From positions 16,368,001-16,432,000 of the forward strand of contig NC_086124.1 in NCBI RefSeq assembly GCF_963921235.1: DNA of 64,000 nucleotides, in the 5' to 3' direction. Positions 48,660 to 62,645 of the stretch are shown here, piece after piece. The translations under genes were made by a program, and so were the position numbers. The notes under the pieces are model-generated. The model made no database searches and had not been told where the DNA came from. It saw only the letters and a list, made by a program, of their open reading frames with translations. Each line of letters begins with the position of its first letter. The first letter of the stretch is position 1. The DNA comes from Mobula hypostoma. Taxonomy: Eukaryota.

Positions 48660-49550
48660 AAATCTGTTGAGGATACAACCGTTGTTGGTAGAATCTTAAA
48701 TGGTGACGAGAGGGTGTACAGGGGTGAGATATGCCTACTAGTGGAATGGTGCCGCAGCAACAACCTGGCACTCAACGTCAATAAGATGAAAGAATTGATT
48801 GTGGACTTCTGGAAGGGTAAGACGAAGGAACACATACCAATCCTCATAGAGGGATCAGAAGTGGAGAGAGTGAGCAGCTTCAAGTTCCTGGGTGTCAAGA
48901 TCTCTGAGGATCTAATGTGGACCCAACGTATCAATGTAGTTACAAAGAAGGCAAGGCAGCGGCAAAACTTTGTTAGGAGCTTGAAGAGACTTGGCATGTT
49001 ACAAATACACTCAGAAACTTCTATAGCTGTCCTGTGGAGAGCATTCTGACAGGCTACATCACTGTCTGGTATGGAGGGGCTACTGCACAGGACCGAAAGA
49101 AGCTGCAGAAAGTTATAAATCTAGTCATCTCCCTCTTGGGCACCAGCCTACAAAGTATCCAGGACATCTTCAGGGAGCGGTGTCTCAGAAAATCAGCGTC
49201 CATTATTAAGGACCTCCAGCAGCCAGGGCATGCCCTTTTCTCACTGTTACCATCAGGTAGGAGATACAGAAGCCTAAAGGCACACACTCAGAGATTCAGG
49301 AACAGCTTCTTCCCCTCTGCCATCTGATTTCTCAATGGACATTGAAGCTTTGGGCACTACCTCATTTTTAAAAAAAATATGCAGTATTTGTGTTTTTGCA
49401 TGTGTTTAAATATATTCAATATATGTAGTTGATTTATTTATTTATTATTATGTTTTTTTTCTCTCTGCTAGATTATGTATTGTACTGAACTGCTGCTGCT
49501 AAGTTAACAAATTTCACATCATATGCTGGTGATAATAAACCTGATTCTGG
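48660..49550 (+). mobile_element. Rex1/Babar-type LINE 3' end
   Basis: EDTTVVGRI...LALNVNKMKELIVDF...FKFLGV, ESILTGYITVWYG and SGRRYRSLK..TQRFRNSFFP; gattct tail. Confidence 0.88.
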
Positions 49551-49904
49551 TCCTCACCCACTTACTCCCTCTGTAACCTCCTCCCATCCTGGCTACCACT
49601 CAACTCTGCTCTCCACTGTCTCTGGTTCTATTTGTATCCTCATGTCCCTGACTTGTTTGTCTGTAGGCCTGTGACCAGCGGTGCACCACAGGGATCAGCA
49701 CTGATACCTGTACTCTCTTATTTTGTCATTTCTGTTAATGATATGGATGAGGATGTGGATAGCATGAATGATAAGTTTACAGTTAACATGAAAATTGGTG
49801 CAAGGTTCCAAATACCACATAGATGAATCCAGGAGGGTGGGCAAAGGAATGGGGATGATATCTAAGTTACACAGGTGCAAAACATTACATTTTGGGCAGT
49901 TACA

Positions 49905-50828
49905 TTTTGTCTTGTCTCCCTTTCTCTTCACTACTTACACCTCAGACTTCAACTACTGCACAGAGTCTTGTCATCTTCAGAAGTTTTCTGATGACTCTAC
50001 CATAGCTGGATGCATTAGCAAGGGAGATGAGGCTGAGTACAGGGCTACAGTAGGAAACTTTGTCACATGGTGTGAGCAAAATTATCTGCAGCTTAATGTG
50101 AAAAAGACTAAGGAGTTGGTGGTAGACCTGAGGAGAGCTAAGGTACCGGTGACCCCTGTTTCCATCCAGGGGGTCAGTGTGGACATGGTGGAGGATTACA
50201 AATACCTGGGGATACAAATTGACAAAAAACTGGACTGGTCAAAGAACACTGAGGCTGTCTACAAGAAGGGTCAGAGCCGTCTCTACTTCCTGAGGAGACT
50301 GAGGTCCTTTAACATCTGCCGGACGATGCTGAGGATGTTCTACGAGTCTGGGGTGGCCAGTGCTATCATGTTTGCTGTTGTGTGCTGGGGCAGCAGACAC
50401 CAACAGAATCAACAAACTCATTCGTAAGGCCAGTGATGTTGTGGGGATGGAACTGGACTCTCTGACAGTGGTGTCTGAAAAGAGGATGCTGTCCAAGTTG
50501 CATGCCATCTTGGACAATGTCTCCCATCCACTTCATAATGTACTGGTTGGGCACAGGAGTACATTCAGCCAGAGACTCATTCCACCAAGATGCAACACAG
50601 GGCGTCATAGGAAGTCATTCCTGCCTGTGGCCATCAAACTTTACAACTCCTCCCTTGGAGGGTCAGACACCCTGAGCCAATAGGCTGGTCCTGGACTTAT
50701 TTCCTGGCATAATTTACATATTACTATTTAACTCTTTATGGTTTTAATACTATTTATTATTTATGGTGCAACTGTAACAAAAACCAATTTCCCCCGGGAT
50801 CAATAAAGTATGATTATGACTATGACTA
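49905..50828 (+). mobile_element. Second Rex1/Babar-type LINE 3' end with a (TGACTA)n tail
   Basis: LSPFLFTTYTSDF...QKFSDD...LNVKKTKELVVD...YKYLG; caataaagtatgattatgactatgacta. Confidence 0.9.
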
Positions 50829-51090
50829 AACTAGGACAAGCTTAGCAAAGTGAATGGCAGGGCCCTGGGTAGTATTGTAGAGCAGAGAGAGCTAGGGTAC
50901 AAGTACACAGTTCCCTGATAGTGGTGACACAGGTTGATGACAGTGTAGAAGGCATTTAGCACATTTGCCTTCTTTGGCTACGGCACCAAGTACAACAGTT
51001 AAGATCTCATGGTAGATCATTGTCCTCACTGCTCTCTTCAGTATATTTGGTTATCTCTTATAAAAGGCCACAATATGCCAAACAGTATTT

Positions 51091-51918
51091 TCTCACGTAC
51101 CCTGTGACGGGAATAAAGAACGAGCAGAAATAGAAAACACTTTGGAGTCCAGTATTGCTATTAGCTAATTATATTTATTAGTAACTACGCAATACAGTAA
51201 TAAAATGTAGATAAATCAAACAGGTTAGTAATGATTATATATGTATATCAATAACTGTGGATATATATATATATGAAAAACCAAGCTTCTTCAAGTCTAG
51301 GGGTAGAAAGATCCAGTCTTATGATGATGAGAAAAGTTCAGTTCATTTCAGTTCATGGTATTGAGTTGAGTAGTGATGGAGAGAGAGAAAAGGAGAGATC
51401 TGAGTCTTCAGTTGAGCTGACACCATCGATCTTCTTGTTGTCCTTCAAAATCCATTAAAAGTCACTGACTGTGACCACAACAAAGGGGACCGGTTTTCTG
51501 TGGTGGAGCTATCACCCAGGCAAGGGTGGACACATGGACAACTCCCCACCGGTCACTGCCTTTTCTTTTCACTGCAAGAGCCACTGATCGATCTGCCTGA
51601 TTGATCCTCCAAAAAACACTTCTTCTGTGGGCACAACAAAGCTCATTCAGTTCCCAAAACATGTGTTTGAGGTCTATATCATCTGACCTCCTATTTATCT
51701 CACTGTACTGGATACCAGCTGTCATTCAAATAACTCCTCCTTCCTCTCTTTGTGTAAGAAGTGCCGGCAGGCGAATGTTCTTGAAGAAAATATAAACAAC
51801 CTGTGAGCAGTCTTCATCTCTCGCTCTCTCTCTATCAAAACACATGTCGGTGTTAAATAACTCTCTCTCTCTCTTTTCCAAAGCACAGTTCATAGGGGTA
51901 ATTCAGAACCCCATCACA
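51091..51918 (-). mobile_element. Probable solo LTR
   Basis: Minus strand begins TGTGATGGGG and ends GGGTACGTGAGA (one mismatch from the inverse end). About 830 bp, non-coding; no TSD seen. Confidence 0.5.
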
Positions 51919-53139
51919 GTCCCACTGACCAATTCCTACATACTACCCCTGATCAATCCCTGCTTTTCAAAGTGCAAAATATTCATGTCCCTCAGAATAT
52001 CATCCGACTAATCTCCATATCATAGATTTTAAACAAACTGGCTTAGAATTCTCCGGCTTTTCGCTGTTATTTTTCTTGAATAATTATCACACATATGCTG
52101 TCTTCTAGTCACCTGGTATCTCAGTTGTGGCCAGTGAATGCTCCATCAGTGGCCCAGACTCTCTCCTGTTTTCTCTCACAGCAGCCTGGAATATATCTCA
52201 CCAGACCCTGGACACTTATAAGACCATAAGACATTGGAGAAGAATTAGGCTATTCAGCCCACTAAGTCTGCTCCACTATTCTATCATAGCTAATCTTGGA
52301 TCCCTCAACCCCATACACCTGCATTCTGGCCAGATCCTTTGATGCCCTGACCAATCAACTTCCGCCTTAAACATACCCACATACTTGGCCTCCTCCACAG
52401 TCTGTGGCAGAACATTCTACCAACTTAATACTCCCTGGCTAAAAAAAAAATTCCTGCTTACCTCTGTTCTAGAGGATCACCCTCAATTTTGAGGCTATGC
52501 CTTCTAGTTCTGGATACCCCAACACAGGAAACATCCTCTCCGCATCCACCGTATCTAGTCCTTTCAACATTCGGTAGGTTTCAATGACAATGACAGTAGG
52601 GTTGAAATGTCTAATACCAGAGGGCACGCATTCAAGAGAAGGGGTAGTTTCAAAGGGGTTGTAGGGTAAGTTTTTTTACTTAGAATGGTGGATTCCTGGA
52701 ATGTGCTGCATGGTATGGTGGTAGAGACAAATACATTAGAGGTTTTTAAGAGACATTTAGATTTGGAGAGGCACATGAATATGAGGAAGATGGAGGGATA
52801 TGATATTGTGCAGGTAGGAGGGGTCAGTGTTTGGGTGCTTTTGATTTGCTTTTTAGCTGGTTCAGCAAAACATTGTTGGCCAAAAAGCCTTTTCCTGTGC
52901 TGTACTGATCTATGTTCTATCACACCGCCTCAGTCGGGGACAAAGTACTGTAGACTGGGGAGGCCCTTCAACAGTATAGAGAGTGTGTGGAGAGTTTGGA
53001 AGAAGAAATTAGAAGGGAAAAGACAAGTCAGAAATTATCAGTGTAAGCTAAGATTAAGGGAATGATCAACGAATGTTAGATACAGATAGGATAAATGCAA
53101 TCATACGGCTTTTTCCACTGAGGTTGGGTGAGACTAGAA

Positions 53140-56014
53140 CTAGAGGCCACAGGTTCCTGGCTCTGTAACTTAGATGGGGAGGGAGGAGTAGAGGCACAGT
53201 GTGGCAATAAGGGACTAATTAGGGGAACGAGCAGTGAGCGAGAATGAGCTTCCCAGATCGTATGCTGCATGCTGGGTGCCAGGATCCGAGGTAGCGTATA
53301 TTGAGTCCTCAGAAAGTGGGAGGGTAAACAGCCAGAAGTTGTGCTCCATGTAATTACCAATGACATGGGCAGGATGAGTGACAAAGTTCTGTATAGGTAG
53401 GTCTAGGAATTAAGTGTTATGTTAAAGAGCAGGACCTCCAAAATTGTAATCTCAGGGCTGCAACCCATGCCACATGCTAATGAGGCTAGAAGTAGGAAGG
53501 TTATCTGATTTAATATGTGGCTAAGGAGTTGGTGTAGGAGGGAGGGCATAAGATTTATGATCATTAGACTCTTTTCCAGGGAAGCTGGGACCGGTTCTAA
53601 TGGCCCAGTTTGCACTGAACTGGAGGGGAATGAATATCCTAGTGGGAACGTTTGGTAATGCTACACTGTTGTAAGTGGATAAGTTATGGAGGTTTGAAGT
53701 AAGTTAGAAATTAAAAGATTAAGCATGGTGCAACTGGTGTCCTGATCTGCATATATTTCACTGCAAGAGGTATCATAGGGAAGGTGGTTAATAGTGCTGA
53801 AGATCAGGTAGCTAGTTTACAAACAGAGGCAATGTATAGTGAGAAGAGGCTGCTGATGATGCAAAATTGCAGTCAACAGGATGAGGTGCAACATAAAAGG
53901 CAGACAAAATTGAAAAGGGTGAGTACAGGACTGAATGTGCGCAGTATATGGAATAACATAGATGAACTTGTAGCACAATTTCAGATAGGCAGATATGCTG
54001 TAGGTATCACTGAATCATTTCTGAAAGATTATAGCTGGGAACTTCATGTCCAAAGATGCATATTATACCAGAAGGACAGGCAGGAAGGCATAAGGGGTGG
54101 TAATGCCCTTTCAGTAAAAAAATGAAATCAAATCATTAGAAAGAAGTGACATAGGGTCAAAAGGCAGAAGAAATTAGGAGAGCCAGAAGGGGACATGAGA
54201 AGGCCTTGGCGGTTAGGATTAAGGAAAAGCCCAAGGCATTCTACAAGTGTGTGAAGAACAAGAGGATAAGACGTGAGAGAATAGGACCCATCAAGTATGA
54301 CAGTGGAAAAGTGTGTATGGAACCGGAGGATATAGCAGAGATACTTAATGAATACTTTGCTTCAGTATTCACTACAGAAAAGGATCTTGGCGGTTGTAGG
54401 GATGACTTGCAGCAGATTGAAAAGCTTGAGCATGTAGATATTAAGGAAGAGGATGTGCTGGACGTTTTGGAAACCATCAAGTTGGATAAGTCACCAGGAC
54501 CAGATGGGATGTACCCCAGGCTACAGTGGGAAGTGAGCGAGGAGATTGCTGAGCGCCTGGCAATGGTCTTTGCATCATCAATGAGGATGGGAGAGGTTCC
54601 GGAGGATTGGAGGGTTGTGGATTTTGTTCCTTTATTCAAGGAAGGGTGTAGGGATAGCCCAGGATATTATACAACAGTGAGTCTTACTTCAGTGGTTGGT
54701 AAGCTGATGGAGAAGATCCTGAGAGGCAGGATTTATGAACATTTGGAGAGGCATAATATAGTTAGCATAATATGGTTAAGAATAGTCAGCATGGCTTTGT
54801 CAAAGGCAAGTCGTGCCTTACGAGCCCGATTGAATTTTTTAAGGATGTGACTAAGCACATTGATGAAGGTAGAGCCATAGATGTAGTGTATATGGATTTC
54901 AGCAAGGCATTTGATAAGGTACTCCATGCAAGGCTTATTGAGAAAGTAAGGAGGCATGGGATCCAAGGGGACATTGCTTTATGGGTCCAGAGCTGGCTTA
55001 CCCACAGAAGGCAGAGAGTGGTTGTAGATGGGTCATATTCTGCATGGAGGCCGGTGACGACTGGTGTGCCTCTGGGAACATTTCTGGGACCCCTACTCTT
55101 TGTGATTTTTCTAAATGACTTGGATGAAGAAATGGAGATATGGGTTAGTAAATTTGCTGATGACACAAAGGTTAGGGGTGTTGTGGATAGTGTGGAGGGC
55201 TGTCAGAAGTTAAAGTGGGACATTGATAGGGTGCAAAACTGGCCTGAGAAGTCGCAGATGGAGTTCAACCCAGATAAGTGTGAGAAGGTTCATTTTCGTA
55301 GGTCAAATATGATGGCAGTATTAATGGCAAGATTCTTGGCAGTGTGGAGGATCAGAGGGATCTTGGGGCCCGAGTCCATAGGACACTCAAAGCTGCTACC
55401 AGGTTGACTGTGTGGTTAAGAAGGCATACAGTGCATTGGCCTTGATCAATCGTGGGATTGAGTTTAAGAGCTGAGAGGTAATGTTGCAGATCTATAGGAC
55501 CCTGGTCAGACCCCACTTGGAGTACTGTGCTCAGTTCTCATTGCCTCACTACAGGAAGGACATAGAAACTATAGAAGGGGCGCAGAGGAGATTTACAAGG
55601 ATGTTGCCTGGATTGGGGAACATGCCTTATGATAATAGGTTGAGTGAACTCGGCCTTTTCTCCTTGGAGCAACGGAGGATTGGAAGTGACCTGATAGAGG
55701 TGTACAAGATAATGAGAGGCATTGATCGTGTTGATGGTCAGAGGCTTTTTCCCAGAGCTGAAATGACTAGCATGAGAGGGCATATTTTTAAGGTGCCTGA
55801 AAGTAGGTACAGAGGACATGTCAGGGGTAAGTTTTTTACAGCAGCGGTGGAGGTGGAAACGATAGGGTCTTTTAAGAGACTCCTGGATGGATACATGGAG
55901 CTTAGAAAAATAGAGGGCAATGGGTAAGCCTAGGTAGTTCTAAGGTAAGGACAAGTTTGGCACAGCTTTATGGGCTGAAGGGCCTGTATTGTGCCATAGG
56001 TTTTCTATGTTTCT
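53140..56014 (+). mobile_element. CR1 LINE composite: ORF1 esterase remnant, APE remnant, RT and 3' tail
   Basis: ORFs 54206-54850, 54772-55407 (SKFADDTK) and 55481-55927; ttctatgtttcta tail. Same subfamily as 3491-6522 but in the opposite orientation. Confidence 0.92.
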
Positions 56015-56541
56015 AAAGGAAACTAGAGACTAGTTAGTCTGAGCTCAGTGATTGGGAAGATGTTAGAGTTGATTATTAAGGATTAGGCACATGATAAAAT
56101 AAGGCTAGTTTTCATCAAGGGAAAATATTGCCTAACAAATCTGTTGGAATTCTTTGAAGAAATAGCAATCAGGACTGACAAAGGAGAGTCTGTTGATGTT
56201 GTGCACTTGGATTTTCAGAAGGCCTTTGAGAAAGTGCCAGTCATACACATCGGTAGCTGGGCACAGATGACGCTCACCTCGCTCGCAATTGCTCTGGAAA
56301 AGGCGGCTGTTTGAAATCGATTACGTCGATAGCACCAGTGGAGCCTTACAATAGGTGCAGCCGGGGCGGATCAAATCCAACAGTCGGTGGAGGACCCAGC
56401 TCCGATATTTCAGACTGTACACCCACCACTAAAACTGCGAGTTTCACACCAGCAGAGAATTTCAAGGCGCCTTGCCAAATAATTAGTACAAAAATCTAAT
56501 CCGAATCTGAGCCCTATCCCCCGGCTCATGATATCCGCAGA

Positions 56542-56583
56542 ACAGCTCTTCCACAGACACTGTGAGTGGCTCTGAAAAGAGCC
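56542..56583 (-). terminator. Histone stem-loop and HDE of the intact H2A
   Basis: GGCTCTTTTCAGAGCC at 56568-56583 followed by GAAGAGCTG. Confidence 0.95.
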
Positions 56584-56613
56584 TTTGGGTCACTGGGTTC
56601 AGATTCTGTGTCT

Positions 56614-57245
<632 letters not shown>

Positions 57246-57755
57246 TCGTTTAAACCTAATCTAAAATCAACTCATACAGCTCTCTTTGTCGACTTGGTCC
57301 TTCCATTCACCCATTACTGAAGTCCGCCACATTGAATTTAAGTATAGCTATTATTGTAATAATATCTAGCGATTTAATTCGCCGATTTCTTTCAACGAAT
57401 AAACGTTCAGAACAAAAATCGATTGGCAAGTTCCGTTCGCGGTCAATGCATGAACCGCATCAGTTTATAAATGATTTTTTTTCAAACTGCGACTGGAGTT
57501 TTGCCTGCAGTTTTTGCAATGAAAAGGGGAACAAATGAAGTCAAAGTCAAATTGTAAATACATAAAAGGGCATATACTGGAGCAAACATTAGTGGGGTTA
57601 GAGGATTGGAAAAGAAAACTAAAGTCATGACGATGGAATCGGAATGTAAGCTAACCAATAATACTACAGAGGAAAAGTTTCTTCAGAAATATAAAGAGTA
57701 AAAGAGAGACAAGTGGCTGATGCTGTTCCACAAGGGTCTGTGTTGGGACCTATTC

Positions 57756-59975
57756 ATGCCAATTTTAATAGGAATCTCTTCCACTGCAGTATGATGAATA
57801 ACATAACCTTTTATTACAAAATCCACATCATCCTCAACATTTAGCCCTGACAGACGTTCGTCACATAAATCCTTAAACCTTTCCCGATTTGCTTTACCAA
57901 ATTTTCACCTCTTAAAAGTGGCTTCCTGTCCCCTATAAATCCAAACCTAAGCTTATAAATATAGAAAAATGATCATTCCTCAATGTTTCATCTCCCATGG
58001 CATCCCACTCACTTACTTCAGCTAGAATGATCAAAACTATAGTTAAACCTATAGCAGTTTCAGAACTATTATGAACATTAAATCTCATAGCCCTCCCATC
58101 AATAAGGCACACACGATGGGAAATATCTAAAAATTCTTCTGCAAACCATTACCAGCATTCTGTGAACAATCCCCACACCATACAACCCTTAGTGCGCAAA
58201 AGATACATATACTTTTCAGCAAATCAAAAGTTTTCCACAAGAGTTGTAAAAACTTACCACTTAATATCCCTAAACAACAGGAATTCTGCAGATGCTGGAA
58301 ATTCAAGCAACACACATCAAAGTTGCTGGTGAACGCAGCAGGCCAGGCAGCATCTGATGAGTCCTGAGGAAGGGTCTCGGCCTGCAACGTCGACTGTACC
58401 TCGTCCTAGAGATGCTGCCTAGCCTGCTGCATTCACCAGCCACTTTGATGTGTGTTACTTAATATCCCTACCTGCTGAATCAAATATTTCTGTTGTAAGT
58501 GCTTCATGCACTTCATTCACCTCAACAACTCTATATCCTTTCCCTTTCCTTATAAAACTTGCAATACCAGCCCCTCTACCAATTAACCCATTACACCCAA
58601 TTACAATATAATGTTGCAAAGAAAAATTTAAATGTGCTAACAGCCAGGTTTTCTGAGTTCAAATAACATCAGGTGGATTTGATAAATCTGAAATAAACTT
58701 CTTAAACTCTTGACCATTAGAAATCAGGATTCTCGCATTCCACTGCAATATTCTTAATCCCATTAGGTACCTTCACAAGGAGACTGAAATACAGATACAC
58801 CACCCATTAGAGCTTTATTTACAGTTTCCCACATAACACTAGTTATACAAAGTTTAATTTTACAATTTTGATTTTCTCAGTACGACTAGATGTCTGAGCA
58901 ATACAATTCACCACATCTGTTATAAACATCACAAACTTTATTTTATTAACTAACAAAATATTTTTAGTAAGCGAACTATGATGCCAACATATAGCCTCTG
59001 ACTTCACATTCTGTTCTCTGACTGGTAGTTGATCAAATTTGGTTTAACTTTTGCAAGGCCTCTGAATAAGACACACTTAACTGTACTTTAACGTTTTGAA
59101 CTTCAGCTGCCTTCATAAGCATTTCACATCATTTATAAGCTGCACTATGCTCTCCTACACAATTACAAAAATTAAACTTCATGTCTTCACAATCTTCATA
59201 CTTATGTTCCCCTCACCACTTGCTACATCTTAGTTTCCCATGACATACTGCTACTCCATGCCCAAACCTCTGAAATTTGTAAGATTTCAGCAGAGGTGGA
59301 AGATAAACTCGAAGATTATAACTAACATACCCCAAACGAACTTTATCAGGGAGTTTCACCACATTAAAATATATCAGTATAGATAATCTATCCACCCTGT
59401 TCACATTTCTGACTACTTGCAATCTCTTTTACCTCCTCAACTTTGCCTCCCAACAAATGAAAATTAACCTCTGCTAATAAAATCTCCACCAGAATACCCA
59501 TTATAACAGCCCTAATGCCTCTGTTTTTATTAGGCAACATAGATACTATCTTTTTGCAAAGTAAAGTCTTCAATCATAATGCCTTCTCAAACTGTTTTCT
59601 TATCCTTACAAACGATTAACAGATTGCCTCTTCTTAAAGTACATATAGCAGATTTCAACTTTGTAGTTAATTTCATAGGATATAGAAGGATGTTCCGGGT
59701 CAAATTGAAACAATACAATGTTTCCTTTTTCCCACCAAAAGACTCCGCCCTTCCTCTCCAACACTTGAAATCATTCCAATATTATGTTTCTTTTTTCCGT
59801 TTTCCAGATCTGGATAGTATTTCATTCTAACCTCCTCCCGCCAACCCACACTCACCCGAACCCATCATTTGCGGTTCTTTACCCAGATCCTCCCCCTACC
59901 TGAACCTACACTATTTCCCAACATCCCCACACAGTCACAGCCAGCGCCACCAGTCGCGCTGCTGAGCCATAACAG
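57756..59975 (-). mobile_element. I/Nimb-type LINE 5' half (ORF1 with degenerate zinc knuckles, APE endonuclease)
   Basis: ORF 59213-59422 (LPDKVRLGY...YKFQRFGHGVAVC...RC); ORF2 start MGLRILQWNARILISNGQEFKKFI near 58763. Confidence 0.8.
58273..58456. mobile_element. Fold-back Penelope pseudo-LTR insertion with a 14-bp direct repeat and a mutated hammerhead in the loop
   Basis: Arms of ~50 bp at ~58306-58355 and ~58410-58459 are near-perfect reverse complements; acttaatatcccta occurs at 58259-58272 and 58457-58470. Confidence 0.85.
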
Positions 59976-60077
59976 TGGCAAGGCCAAGCCAACACCAACA
60001 CTAGGGAAGAAGTTTTTCTTCTAACTTTTAATGGTGGTTGGCAACCCAACTTAAAGGTCCATTGCTGAGAGAAGTAG

Positions 60078-62645
60078 TTCTTCTTCTTCTATTTCGGGCT
60101 GTTTAGACAAAACTAGGCATATTACAGCCCTCTACAGGATGTATAATTAATTATAGAACTTCAAGGAACTCAAATTCTCGAATACAACCTAGTCTCACGT
60201 ATAAACTGAATAACAGACTCTTCAATCAAATGTTGATTCTCTTGATGGCCAAACAAATATTTAATAGAAAACCAAAATAAATTTAAGCCAGATCGCCTCT
60301 TGAACATGCTTCTTTCAATTTTGTATGGATTACAGCTCAGTAAAACATGCTGGACTGTCTCTGGACTACCACAGTCACATAATCCAGTAGGATATTTTCC
60401 TATTATCTTTAAATAATAGTTGAGCCCACAAAGCCCCAAACTAAGTCTTGTAAATTTCACCACATCTCTACGACTTAAAAGGTAACAGTCTGAGACCTTT
60501 TTAACTAGTGGGTGACTAGAAAAATAATGCCTGCCCCTTAATTCATTTTTCCAAACCTCCGGCTACTTCTTCTCTATACCTTTTTTAATCCTACTTCTCA
60601 ATTCTGCTCTGCCTAGGGGAACTCTAATTTCTACTTGCCTGCTTTGTAAGGAAGACTTTGCAATGGCATCCACAATTTCATTTCCCTCCACCCCAGCATG
60701 CCCAGGTAGCCATGAAAGTCTAACTGCACAACCCAACTTCCCTACTCTAAACAACACTAAGAGAATCTCAATAACTATGTCAGGATGAGCTTTTGATTTA
60801 CTCCCTTTTATAGACTCTAAGGCAGCAACAGAATCCAAACAGATGATAACCCTACATGGTCGAGAGTCTTCTATCCACCATAAGGCCCAGAGGCTTGCTA
60901 ATAATTCTGTTGCAAAGACAGAAACGCCATCTGTAACCCGTTGACTAATCTTAACTCCAAGTTGAGACACATACATCTCAAATTCTGCCCAACTGCTCTC
61001 TGGGTCCACTGAGCCATCAGTAAAAATCTTCAGATAAGATTCCCATTTATTATTTAAATATTCATTTGTGATCAATGCTGATGAAATTGCACTGCTTCCT
61101 TTCAGCTGAAAAAGGAGGAATAGGTCTACTTCTGGTTCTGGAAAGAGCCAAAAAGGGATGGGTGGTAAGCAAATTTGGTCCATTATGTCTTCCTCGGTCA
61201 GTTTCAATTTCACAGCCCAGTTATTAACCAAATCTAAAAATGTGTATCTTTTAATTTTACTTTGGTGCTCCGACTTCCCCTGCAAAAAGACACTTTGATA
61301 GACAGCTGTGATTGAATCCATTTAGTTTTACCCAATACTGCAGGCCCAACTGAATTTGTCTTAAATGCAGGGCACTTCTCCCATCTCCGCACATAATGCC
61401 GGGACTGATGTTGTTCTAAAAGCTCCACAACAGAGTCTAACTGCTTTGGACTGCACAGTGCCTAGTTTTCCAAGCACTGTCGTAGCAGCGGAACCATAAA
61501 CAATACAACCATAATCTATAACTGGTCTAATCATAGCTAGATATATTAAATACATAGTTTCCCGCCCTGCTCCCCAGTCACATCCAGCAATACTTCTCAT
61601 AACATTTAAAACTTTCTCACACTCCAATTGCTTTATCTATATGAACCCTCCAAGAAAGTCTTTCATCAAACCAAACACCTAAGAACTTGAATACCTTGCT
61701 CTTTCCAGTGGAGAATCATATAGACACAATTCACAATCAGGAATTTTTCTTCTAAAGCCAAAAATCATGTATTTGGACTTAGAAGCAGAAATCCTGAAAC
61801 CCCATTTATTAGCCCAGTTTTCAACTGATCTTAAAGCCTTTTGTACCTGCCTTAATATATACTTGATATTTCTTCCTCTTTTCCAGATTGCACCATCATC
61901 TGCAAACAATGATTTGCAAAATCCTGTCTCAACCTGATCAAAGATATCATCTATCATGACATTAAGAAGAACTAGACTAATGACACTTCCTTGAGGGGTA
62001 CCATTACCTATTTTAACTGACTTGGAGCTTGTTCCACCTATTTTTACTTGAACCATCCTTTCCTTAAGGAAATCTTTGATCCAATTAAACATTCTACCTT
62101 TAATTCCCGCATCATAGAGTTTAATTAATAACTTATCCTTCCATAGTGAGTCATGTGCTCTTTCAATATTTAGAAATACACTTAACATTACTTCTCTATT
62201 TTGAAACGCTTTTTTAATATCATGATCTAAAAGGGCAACAGATTCCATTGTTGATCTTCCAGTTCTAAAGCCATTTTGATAGGCAGCAAAATGTCCCTTA
62301 TTTTCCAAAAAATAAACAAGTCTGTTGGTGACCATTCGTTCCATAGTTTTACAAAGCACTGACGTTAAAGCTATAGGCCGATACGAACTAGGACTTGAGG
62401 CGTCCTTATCTGACTTTAAAACTGGAACTACCACCGCATGCTTCCATTCTACTGGTAATTTTCCTTCTTTCCACACTGAATTAAACAATGCTAGAATTCC
62501 TATTAATACAGAGTCATCTAAATGCTTAAGCAATGCATAACACAGTCCATCCCTACCAGGAGAAGTGTTTGAACCTGATTGAACAGCTTCCTGCAATTCC
62601 TGAAGGGAGAAAAACAAAATTCTGGAGCTATTATCATCCAAACTC
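60078..62645 (-). mobile_element. I/Nimb-type LINE 3' half: RT, RNase H, CCHC finger, (GAA)n tail
   Basis: ORF 61679-62713 (YRPIALTS...PQGSVIS...LFADD), ORF 60563-61321 (FTDGS...WLPGHAGVEGNE), ORF 60170-60463 (CDCGSPETVQHVLLSC); gaagaagaagaa tail. Confidence 0.93.

Noticed and set aside
58354-58371. ctgatgagtcctgagga, resembling the common engineered hammerhead CTGATGAGTCCGTGAGGACGAAA
   Set aside because: No GAAA follows that stem. The string arises at the junction of the two inverted Penelope pieces.
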